Shown piece by piece: positions 25,712 to 38,565 of a DNA stretch of 64,000 bases. This DNA comes from Octopus sinensis (Eukaryota). The translations under genes and the position numbers were made by a program. Location of the stretch: assembly GCF_006345805.1 (NCBI RefSeq), contig NC_042998.1, positions 194,990,001 to 195,054,000 of the forward strand. The letters are read 5' to 3'. Every line of letters begins with the position of its first letter. The stretch's first letter is position 1. The notes below the pieces were generated by a model, which saw only the letters and a program-made list of their open reading frames with translations, searched no databases and was not told where the DNA came from.

Positions 25712-28093
25712 GTAGGATTGCACATACTCACACACATGTATGTGTATGTGTATGTATGTATATGTATGTCAATATATCACCGTGATCACAGGCTATCACA
25801 GGGTCACAATGCTCTTCGCATTGTTTTAGCCTTGGAATAACGCCACCCTGCTGGTTAAGCCAGTAGGCCAACAGAAGAAAGAGTGAGAGAAAGTTGTGGC
25901 GAAAGAGTACAGCAGGGATCGCCACCACCCCCTGCCAGAGCCTCGTGGAGTTTTAGGTGTTTTCGCTCAATAAACACTCACAACGCTCGGTCTGGGAATC
26001 GAAACCGCGATCCTATGACCGCAAGTCCGCTGCCCTAACCACTAGGCCATTGTGCCTCCACGTATGTAAATATATATATATATATATATATGTAAGGAAA
26101 GTAAGACAAAGTAGAAAATACTAAAATGATTTTATCATGAAGAACATTTTAGTACCGGTTTCAGTCTTTGTGACTTTTTGAACTTAGAGTAAGGCACGAA
26201 AAACAATGAAATTGTAGAAAAATTAAATGAAATGTTTTTTTAAAATATTTCCATAGTTTTCAAAAGCAAGGGACATTTTCCTTTTTCTGTCTATTTCTGT
26301 CTCTTTTTTTTACTTACGTGAGGTCTTGGGAGCATGTAGCAGGTAGTAGCAGTTCTAATATTTGATATGAGTTCTTGGTTTTGATTGTTTAAGCAGCAGT
26401 ACTCGTTGAGAAGGGAGGTGGCAGTGATGATGATGATGAAGAAGAAGAAGAGTGGTATGACAGTAGTAGGATGTTGGTGGAAACCTCTTAAATGGTCAAG
26501 TGACCCAAAAGTGACCTGTTGTGGTTGTAATAGTAGTGATTGGAATTGTCCTGAATAAATTCATGGGTAGTGACTGTTCTGAATATACCATTTTTAATAT
26601 TTGCAGGGGTATTATTCTAAAGCACTTATAATAGTGTCATTTGTGGTGGACACATTCAAAAGGGGTTTATATTTTGCGATAAAATATGACTCTTTACTAA
26701 TGTGTTGTCTACAGGTTGCATCATCACTGAATTTATAGTGGGGAAAAATTCTGAAGCTGGGTTGTTTGTTATTGGCCCAAATGTTGATGTGTTCACTGAA
26801 TGCTATTTTTCTGTATTCCTGAATTTTGATCTGGGATCTAATTAGAGCCATCCTTTGATGTAGACTGTTTTTGGTTTCGCCTATGTATTGCTCTCGACAC
26901 CCAGAGCAAGTTAATACATATATTAGGTTCTCTGAAACACATGTGAAGTTGTTTTTCACTGTAAAATATTGATCTTGTTTGAAAGAGAACTCCGATCCTT
27001 CAATTAGGTTGACGCATTTTCCCCCGGTAGGTCTTCCGCATTTTTTTTACTTACGACTTCAGTGTTGTTGTCGAGCATACTTGGGTTTGTGTTAGGAAAC
27101 TTTTCATAGATTTGGGTTGTCTTTTGCTCTTTATGATAGTGTGCATTGCTCCAGTCCACTCAGTTGGCAAAAATGAGTAATGCTGCGATGGACTGGCATC
27201 CCGTCAAGTTGGGGAACACATACGCCATTGAAACTGGGAAACTGTGCCCGTGAGCCTGGCTAGGCTTTAAAAGGGTGTAAAAGCACCGTCTGTTCGTGGC
27301 CGTTTGCCAGCCCTGTCTGGCCCTGTGTCGGTGGCACGTAAAAGCACCATCCGTTCGTGTCCGTTGCCAGCATCGCCTGGCCCCGTGCCGGTGACACGTA
27401 AAAGCACCATCCGTTCGTGGCCGTTTGCCAGCTCTGTCTGGCACCTATGCAGGTGGCACGTAAAAAACACCCACTACACTCACGGAGTGGTTGGCGTTAG
27501 GAAGGGCATCCAGCCGTAGAAACACTGCCAGATCTGACTGGGCCTGACAAAGCCTTCCAGCTTCACAGACCCCAGTTGAACCGTCCAACCAATGCTAGCA
27601 TGGAAAGCGGACGCTAAATGATGATGATGATGATGATGATATATATACATACATACAGTTCACATTTACAGAAAACAAAGGATGAAGTAACAACAAACAG
27701 GTGTATTAATTTAACGCTTGGGAAGAATGGAAAAGTTTTTGACATTTTGAGCGTTTGCTCTTTGACAGAAGGATTAAGTGGACAAAAATGAAGAGAGAAA
27801 AGAAAATGTGTTGGGATTAACAGTTCAACATGATGAATATATATATAAATGTATATATATATATATATATAATTGCAGTGTGGAAGGTGTTTATAAGCCA
27901 TTTAAGAAACAGCACGTGGTCTCAAAGCGACGAAAATTTGACAAATTAAATTTAAATGTTGAAATGAATCTAATGGTTTTTGTGTGTTTCTTAAATGGCT
28001 TATAAACACCTTCCACGCCGCAACTGTTTTCGTTCCAGCACACGATCTCAGATCAGGTCACTTGCTATGCAATACATCTCCGTAATATATATA

Positions 28094-28187
<94 letters not shown>

Positions 28188-28651
28188 ATGATTAAGGTGG
28201 TTAGACGCAATTAAAACCAAAAAGGAAAAAATTCACCATCACTAAAAGTGATTAAGGGTGCAGGGCAGCACCAGCATTGCTAGAAGGCTCTTTAGCCACA
28301 TACAAAGCACAGTTCTATGCACTGACAAGGGAGACAGCCTCCCCACAACAAGCAAGGGCATCAGAATGGCACACCAATTTCGCATGAAATTAAGGCTCAT
28401 CAGTGATGCTGCTCCATCGCTGGTGGTGAAGTTAAATTCCACTTGTCGGTATTTATAGAATTTGTTATAGGAATCAATGGCTAATTCAACAAAATGGTAA
28501 TGTGAAAATAATAATATTATTAAGGTGGCTAGATACAATTTAAAACCAAAGCGGAAAAAATTCGCTGTCACGAAAAGTGACTAACATCAATACATACACA
28601 CAGTCACCTATATACCTAGGTATATGCATAGATATGTACATCACCACCACC

Positions 28652-28696
<45 letters not shown>

Positions 28697-28864
28697 GTCG
28701 TCGTCGTCGTTGTCGTTGTCATCATCGTCATGATCTTTTAACATCTACTTGTCTATGTTTGCATGGCTCAGGTATATATATGCAGATAGTGTCAGTTTAG
28801 CCATCTGAAGAAATTAATCCATGAAGATGATCTGATATATATATGTATGTAAATATGATAAATA

Positions 28865-28898
<34 letters not shown>

Positions 28899-30213
28899 CA
28901 CCCATATAAATATATGTGTTTAATGAGCTTATTGTATAAAGTGCTCAGTTGCATTATAACTTGTCAAAAAAGGTGAAAGTGGTGAGAGAAAGCAGCATGT
29001 GTTAGATGCCCTTCCTTATGCTGGAATGCCTTTCCTGATGCACACACATGTACACACATGTACACACTATACAAACACACACACACACAGAGTGGTGCAG
29101 TAAGGTTCATATGTCAAAAAAAAAAAAGAAAAGAAAATATTACACTCAGTATATGAAACAGAATTAAATAATTTTTGTATCAAATTATATTTGCATAGAT
29201 TATTTCATACACACCCACCTCAAATACTGAAGCTGGGTGCACATGTAGAGGTAACACTATATGGTCATTTATTATATTATATGTGTGTGTGTGTGTGGGG
29301 GGGGAATGTGTGCACATGTGTGTGTGTGTTTGTGTGTGTATGCCTGTATGTGTGTATGTATGTGTATGTATGTATTTGTGTTTGTGTATGTATGTGTTTG
29401 TGTATGTGTGTGTATTTGTGTTTGTGTATGTGTGTGTGTATGTAATATTGTTATTTTTATTAATATTATTATTTGACATATAGCTTGCACTTGATTGAGG
29501 GTCCTATTGTCTTTGGCGTTTTCTGACCGTATCACCCACTTCAGCAATAACTAAGAGATTAATTGAATAATAATATTATCAATCATTAATCAAATGTGGA
29601 GGCGCAATGGCCCAGTGGTTAGGGCAGCGGACTCGCGGTCATAGGATCGCGGTTTCGATTCCCAGACCGGGCGTTGTGAGTGTTTATTGAGTGAAAACAC
29701 CTAAAAGCTCCACGGGGCTCCGGCAGGGGATGGTGGTGATCCTGGCTGTACTCTTCCACCACAACTTTCTCTCTCTTTCTTCCTGTTTCTGTTGTACCTG
29801 TATTTCAAGGGGCCGGCCTTGTCACTCTCTGTGTCACGCTGAATATCCCCGAGAACTACATTAAGGGTGCACGTGTCTGTGGAGTGCTCAGCCACTTACA
29901 CGTTAATTTCACGAGCAGGCTGTTCCGTTGATTCGGATCAACCGGAACCCTCGTCGTCGTAACCGATGGAGTGCTTCCACACGTATTAATCAAAATATTT
30001 TTTGTCTTATCCAATAGTTTTACTATGTCAATTCTTTTACAGCATCAAGAAGATTGCCAGACATTCAAATTAGAACGAACAGCAAACTTAAATTCTAACT
30101 CTTGGAAAGGTCAACTCAGACTGGCCACACAACTTAATTATGAGAACAAGAAAAGTTATCAAGTACCCTTGGTGGCATTTGTAAGTTGATAATTGTTTTA
30201 ATTGACAGTTTGT

Positions 30214-30244
<31 letters not shown>

Positions 30245-30457
30245 TATATATATATTTATTTTATAGAAGGAGCTTCTACAGGACTAGAACTGTTTCATTC
30301 AAAAGAAATCATCAGGAAGCTTCCTGATGATTTCTTTTGAATGAAACAGTTCTAGTCCTGTAGAAGCTCCTTCTATAAAATAAATTAATTTACTCTGCTA
30401 TGTATTGATTACCTTATTTACTGTGGTTAACCCCGACTCAACCCGGGACCTACATAT

Positions 30458-30505
<48 letters not shown>

Positions 30506-31485
30506 GTAAGCAACAGGTTGCTTAGCCACATACCGAAAATTTAGAAATAGCAGTCAAAAACTTATTTCTATTTTCTAGAAATATACCTCCACATATAGCA
30601 TATACATGTAACTCACATATGTAAAAAGAAGGAAAAATAAAGCCTTCGGTCAGTTACAGACGTGTTTCTGGGTTAGAATTATAAATAACTCATTCCCGTC
30701 CTCAGCGCAACATTCCATTAGATTATAGATTTGCAAATGTTATTTACCTACCTCTTACATCCTGTTCTCATGCCATCGGAGATAGCAAAAGATAGTCAAT
30801 GCAAGCCAAATCCATATAGACGAATGAATTCGTATTTTCCATCCAAAAATTACCATGTGTGTTACAAAAATAGTTCCTTAGAAAGAGAACTGTGGTTTGT
30901 CATAAGGGAGTGAAAAATTCTAGTATTAATAGTATTAATAATAGTATTAATATATATATATATATATAGGGAGAGTTCACAAGAAAAACAAAAGACGAAG
31001 ACAGGTGGTGTAGAAAACAAACAGATGTATTAGTATAACGCTCAGGAATAGAAAAAGCCTTTTATGTTTCGAGACTACGCTCTTCAACAGAAAGGGACAC
31101 AAAAAAACAAGGAGAGAAAAAATATATATATATATATATACAAAAGAAAAATACTTGCTTTTTCCATGGGCATGAGTAAGTATTTCACTTATATCCCACG
31201 TATTTATCGCTGAAGAGGGGAAAATTCTTATGAATTAACCCCGAAATTGGGACCAATACGGTAATAACGGATTTTTTAGAAATTTCTATCGGTTTGTTTC
31301 GAGACACATAACTTATAATGGTTATTGACAATTTTTGTCTTTTTTTCGGCATATTTGGCATTAGAATTTTTCTTTTGCCCTCATTTTGTAAATTATTTAT
31401 AAATTTAACCTTTAAAGGTATTTTTTTGATATGCTGGCCATTGATAAAATTTTTTTCCCGAAAAAATTTTTTATCCTACATTAGT

Positions 31486-31517
<32 letters not shown>

Positions 31518-34500
31518 TAATCCAAACGGGAAAACAGAAAAAACAACAACACGTGGAACAATTACAGTATTATTATTATTAGGCGCTCAGGAAAATGGAA
31601 GAAGGAGGGTATGACGTTTCGAGTGGAGCTCTTCGTCGGAAACATAGGAGAAAGAAAGATCCCGAGACGGGAGGACAGAGGAAAAAAAAAAAATTGCAGG
31701 TAGTCTTCACGAGGTCACATACTAAAAAGACGGAAGTGGTAAAAAAGGAGGAAAATGTTTTTTAAAAACAGGAGAGCTGAATCAAAGAGGGAATGGTAAA
31801 AAAGGTGTGCGAGATGACGAGGGTGTGTGTGTGAGTGTGTGCGTGTGTGTGTATGTGTGTGTATGGTGGACAGTGGCTAGTAGCAATATACATGTATGGC
31901 TTTGTGAATAGGATAGCAGACAACCAGCCAGAAGTTGATGGTTTGATGTTCTGTTATTGCTTCTATGCTATATATGTGGCCAAGACAGTTGACTTTCAAA
32001 TGGCCCAATACATTTAGCTGTAATTTGACAAAGGCAGTGAAGGTTCATGGCTAAGTGGTCAGGGTATTTATCTCACATTCATAAGATCATGAGTTCAGTA
32101 CCTGGCAGGAATTGTGTCCTTGAGCAAGACACTTTATTTCACATTGCTCCAGCCCACTCAGCTGGTAAAAAGGGGTAGTACCTTTTTTCAAAGGGCCACC
32201 TTGTCACATTCTGTGTCTTGCTGAATATTCCTGAGAATTACATTAAGGGTATGCATGTGGAGGGCTCAGCTGCTTGCACATTAATTACATGAGCAGGCTG
32301 TTCCATTAATTGGATCAACTGGAATCCTTGTTGTCATAATCAGCAGAGTGCCACAGGCACAGGAGTGGCTGTGTGGTAAGTAGCTTGCTTACTAACTACA
32401 TGGTTTTGAGTTCAGTCCCACTGCATGGCACCTTGGGCAAGTGTCTTCTTCTATAACCTTGGGCCAACCAAAGCCTTGTGAGTGGATTTGGTAGATGGAA
32501 ACTGAAAGAAGCCCATTGTATATATATATATACACGTGTGTGTATATGTTTGTGTGTCTGTGTTTGTTCCCCCACCTCGCTGACAACCGATGTTGGTGTG
32601 TTTATGTCCCTGTAACTTAGTACTTTGGCAAAAGAGAGCAATAGGATAAGTACTAGGCTTACAAAGAATATATCTTGTGGGCAATTTGTTCAACTAAAGG
32701 CAGTGCTCCAGCATGGCCGCAATCCAATGACTGAAACAAATAAAAGAAACAATAAAATGATATGTGCGTATGCAATTACACTAAAGTGGCAAGCTGGCAG
32801 AAGCGTTAGCACACTGGGCAAAATGCTTAGTGGTATTTCATCTGTCTTTACGTTCTGAGTTCAAATTCCACCTAGGTTGACTTTGCCATTCATCCTTTCA
32901 GGGTTGATAAATGAAGTACCAGTTGCACGCTGAGGTCGATCTAATCAACTGGCTCCCTCCCCCAAAATTTCTGGCCTTGTGCCTTGAGTAGAAAAGTATG
33001 TAATTACAGTGTAGGCATAACTACATGGTCAAGAAATTCACTTTGTAATTACATTGTTTTGAGCTTAAATCTACTGCTCAGCACCCCAGACAAGTGCTTC
33101 TTACCATGGTCTTGGGTCAACCAAAGACTAGTGAGTGAAATTTGATAGACAGAAACTGCCCGGAAATTCTTGTTCATGGATGGTAAACTTAATCTATTGC
33201 CTAGTATAACACCACCACCTGATCCTTAGGTGTCTTTAGTGGAGTCCACTCTGTTGCAAGCATTTGGTCCATGTTTCAAATCTGGTGTATTACTGTAGTA
33301 TTGACCATGTGAAATTATAAGTTATATCATTCATGTTGTATTCATATTCCAATGAAATTTCAATTTAAATCCAAACACATTTGTAAAGATGATTTGTTCT
33401 TGTTGTTTAGTCCCAGGTCAACCTTAATTCAACTACCTGCAAATCAAAAGCATTCTAAACCTAACTATTCTATCTTCTTAGGATATTCAGTGCTACATTA
33501 TACAATTACATGGAAAAATGTGAGCAAGAGAAATGATATTCTTAAGATTATGAACCTGGAAAATTACAGGACAAGTTATTACACTTGGAAAAGTTTAGGA
33601 CAACTTATTACATCTGGTAAAGTACAGAAGGAAAGTTTTACTTAAAATATTGCAGCTAAGGACAAAATTTTAAATAAACGAGTTAGATTTAGAAAATATT
33701 AGCTTTTATTAAAACTAAAGATTTTATAACAAATTATTACTTCTATTAAAATAAAAAAAAATAACTCAAAATATTTTTTGCACTTTAAAAAATTATTTTT
33801 TTTATTATTAATTAATAATTAGAAATTTGAAAATAGGTTGTAAAAAATAACAGTAGTACAAAATTAGTTAGTACAATAAATAGAATAATACAAAAATTAG
33901 TTATATATTACAGTAAAATCTACCTATAAATAATAATATATAATAAGGAAATTATTGTATACAGTGCTCAGGTGCACCACAACTTGTCAGAAAGTGCATA
34001 TAAAGTACATGCAGTAAAGTAGAAATGTCTGGAAAGCGAACAATGTATGAGTCAGATACATGCTTGTGTGTGTATGGAAGGGAGAAAATCAAGTGTAGGG
34101 TTGGTGAATCTCAGGAAGCATGGAAGTTTTGAAGGATGCAGTGTTCCGACAACTAACAACTGATGCCGGCAGTTTGTTCCATGCTTCAGCAACTCTCAGC
34201 GTGAAAAAATGGTTCCTGAAGTCATGGGAGCTGTGCTGTTTTCTTGTAAATATGTCCACGGGTGTTAGATGGGTGGAGTTTGAAAAGGTACTCAAAGTTA
34301 TTGTTTGTACGATGGTTGATAATTTTATGGGTGTCTGCCAAGTCAGCTGCCAGACGTCGGAGTTTCAATGTGTCCATGCCCAGGGAAGTAAGGCATTCAG
34401 GATATGGCAAATGCCTCAACAAATTCACTGTAAAATTTGCTTGAGTTATTGCCAAGTCTTCACATTTTCAGTCTTGACCTAATGCCTATTTTTTACATAA

Positions 34501-37500
34501 TGAATTTGCCTACCATATATACTATACTACTTTGCATAAAACTTCAGCTATATTGGTACTTCTGGCTCTCATTTTAAAAATATTCTAGTGTGTCAATATT
34601 TTAACAAAATGATGGTACCTTTTTTAATTATAATGTTACTTTGTAAATTAAAATCAAATAATTTTTAATATTCAAATTCTATCCTTAGCTGCAATATTTT
34701 AAGTAAAAATTTTCTTGTTCTGTACTTTACCAGATGTAATAACTTGTCCTGAACTTTTCCAAGTGTAATAACTTGTCCTGTAATTTTCCAGGTTTATAAT
34801 CTTAAGAATATTATTGATCTTGCTTGCATTTTCCTATGTAATCCATGTTTTTTCCAGGCTATGCTAGTATGCTAATTAATAATATGTCAAATGTGTCAAT
34901 TAGCAGTGTTGTTGATAACTTTTTCCTTACCTCATGATGCTGGTGACATATTAAAAGTCCCCTTATAGAACTATATTCATAAAAAAGTATAGAACTATAT
35001 TATCACTCTCAAATTTGAGAAACAAACGCTTATAACTTTTTTTCTTTTAAAACTTCATTGCATGAAATTGATACCATGAAATTCCTCAAATTGAGCTCTA
35101 TCATTTAAGCCTAATTCAAATATAGTTTGTTTTTAAAATAAAAAAAGATAATTATACTTAAATCCAATTTTTTGCCTTACTTATATTTTTTCTTGATATT
35201 TTACCCCACAAGTTTTTTGATACAAATTTTTGTTGCATGGAACCAAAACTATGAAATTCTTCATGCTTGCTTCTATCATCGAAGCTAAAATAAATGATTG
35301 GTGTTGTTACTTACTCTCCTATAATGTTGCTACAAATTTTGATGTAAACTTTTTTCTGCTGGATCAAATCTCAATTTTTTTAACGTGAAAAGGTAGCTAG
35401 GGACCAGTTCTCTTCAAAAATGTTAATGGTTTTCCATTTGGTTAAGAACTGAATTAGCGACAAGCAAGCTCTGAAAGATGCTGCATGTGAGTAAATTGCG
35501 GCCTTAAGAATATTATTCAACTATAGTAGTAGCTGAATGATATGTTTTCTTTGTTTATGATATTGAGGTTGTGATTTCAGCTACTATATCAGGCAGTTTT
35601 ATCAGCGATTTTTCACAGCTATTTTTAATGGGTCTTGTGACCATGTAAAAGTTCTTTCATTGGTTTGTCATACTGGTGCCGACTAGCTGGAATAGATGAA
35701 AGGTAAAGTTGACCTCAGTGGGGGTTTGAACTCATGACATAAAGGGCCAGAACAAATTCTACAAGACATTTCATCTGATGCCACATCTAAGTTGGCATTA
35801 AATTAGCAATGGAGAATATAACGATAGAATTGGTGATTGTGTCACTGGCAAAGTCAACTTAGAAACAATTATGATTCCTGTATCTCTCTTCTATTTTCAA
35901 GGACGGTGTAAACAACAAGACACAAAGTGTTGAAATACAAGTAGAGGATGTTGCTGACTCTCCGCCGTATTTTGTGGAGGCTTTCTCCGTGTCATTGGAT
36001 GAAGTGGATAAAATAGTAAGTAACTGCCCTCACAGACATGTGTTATGGTGCTAGTGTGCACAGTGGTAGTGTTGTGTGTCGTGGTGGTTCTGTGGTATGG
36101 GCACAGTAGATGTGTATGAGAGTAGCACAATAAAGCAGTAGTATGATGTGGTATTAGTGTACTGTGGTATTAGTTTGTGTTGTAGTATTACTGTGTTGTG
36201 GTAGGAGTGTGAAATGGTAGTGGTATTAGTTGTAATAGTGATGTTAGTGCGTTGTGGTATGTTGTGATGGTAGTGTGGTGTTGAAGTAGTAATATAGTAC
36301 AGCGTTAGTTTAGTGTTGTAGTAGTTTGGTGTGGTAGAGTGGTTTGGTGTTATGGTAGTGGTGTGGTAGTTGTGAGTTGTATTAGTGTATGCTGTAGTGG
36401 CAGTGTGTTCTGCAGCAGTGGTAATTGTTGTTTAACGCCAGGTAACCTTAATCCAGAAGCCCTATGATCAAAGACATTCCAGCAATAACTGGTTTACCAT
36501 TTTAGGAGAAACAAAAACTGTATTGTCCAATGTATCCATTCATTTTTTTTTAAAACAGAAGAATGTGACTTGAGGAATTTGACTGCTATTTCTAACATTT
36601 TGAGTGACCACATAGAGACTATGCAAAAATACACTGAACAGTAGGGAGAGTGAAGCATGAGTTATTTGTGGTGTAGAAGAATAGACAACAACAACAACTG
36701 CAACAACAAAGAAGTCTCTATGTGGTCACTTGAAATGTTAGAAATAGCAGTCAAATTCCTCAAATTACATTCTGTTTTTAAAAACATGAATGGATACATT
36801 GGACAATAAAATTTTTCCTCCTCATCATCATCATTGTTTAACGTCCGCTTTCCATGTTAGCATGGGTTGGACGATTTTGACTGAGGGCTGGCGAACCAGA
36901 TGGCTGCACCAGGCTCCACTCTTGATTTGGCAGAGTTTCTACAGCTGGATGCCCTTCCTAACGCCAACCACTCCGAGAATGTAGTAGGTGCCTTTTACGT
37001 GCCACCGGCACGTGGGCCAGTCAGGCGGTACTGGCAATGACCTTGCTCGAATCTTTTTACATATGCCACCAGCAAAGGTGACAGTTTTTGTTTCTCCTAA
37101 AATGACAAACCAGTTATGGCTGGAATGTCTTTGATCCTAAGTCTTCTGGATTAAGCTTATGATGATGCATAGTACTTTGCAGTTTATTGTGGTTCAAACG
37201 GGTACAACAGGTAAAGTCCTTGATGGATCTAATGTATTCTTTGTAAACCACTTTTATTTCTTTCTGCTGGCCAGATGTGGTACCTGTGGTTGCTCTAAGG
37301 ATGCTTGCCCATTGTCTTGCTTTCTTTACTGTGTTTTCTATATGTGTGTCATGATGAATGTTGTGAAAGAGTTCGATGTAACTTGCAGTGTTTCTGTTTT
37401 CTGTATGTGTTGTTAAATCTTTATATATAAAAGTGAGGTTGTGTGCTGTCTGTCTCCTACGATTTAGATCCCTAACTACTCCCACATTTTGCGGTGCAGT

Positions 37501-38476
37501 TTAACCAAAACCGGGTATCTTATAGTCGTGATTCATATCGAGCCCTTCTGGGTATTAGCGCGCGTCTACGATGAGTCTACGATTTAAAAAGAAATTTACC
37601 ATCAATTTTTCCCATTTTAATGCATTTTTAGCATATATAAGGGAAGTAATTCTCTAAAAATTTATTATTAAATCTCAGAACGTAAAAAGCTACAGTAACA
37701 CCCCCCCCTTTGTGGTTAGCCATATTGAGATGGCTATTATACTTTACATCTCTAAAAATGCTTATATAGTTATTTCCCTTACAAACCTGAGCAACGCCGG
37801 GCGATACTGCTAGTATTACATACATTAACCCTTTCATTACCAACCCAGCTCTGGCTCTGAGTACAAATGTCTTGTCTCCATAAGTTTTGATTTAAAATTT
37901 CCGACCAAACCTTAGTCACAATTTATGTTCCTAACATTAACTGAATGATAACTAAGTTATTTTACTAAATTCTTTGTTATATTTAAAATTAATTTAAAGA
38001 AACACAGAGCATCTCAAAATAAATATGGTAACGAAAGGGTTAAATTTGATGCTTGGTTGCATCTCATGTTCTCGAGCGTTGCAGGTGAGAAGAGAGATAA
38101 TGGATTCAGTAAGCATTTCTTTACCTCTGTTGTTGTGGAACCAGGTTTCTAGGTGACTTAACCAAGGCTCAAGTAATGTTCCACAGCATTGTCTTGAACA
38201 TATTGAGAATTTAGGAGTGTGTTGTCATTTGTGCACATAGTTTTATATTTTTGAGGTGGTGTGAGACTGTTGTATGTATGTATGTTTGTATGTACGTATA
38301 TGTACGTATATGATGGATTTTCCCGTCATGTACGACAAATCAGAGTTCAGTATAATAAAGCCTTAATCATGTTCTATGGACACGAATATGTCTCTTGAAA
38401 TTTGTTGGTGCTTTGCAAACCTTCCGGCAAATGGAACAAGATGAGGATTCAGTTTGCTTGATGATTGTGGATCATT

Positions 38477-38565
<89 letters not shown>

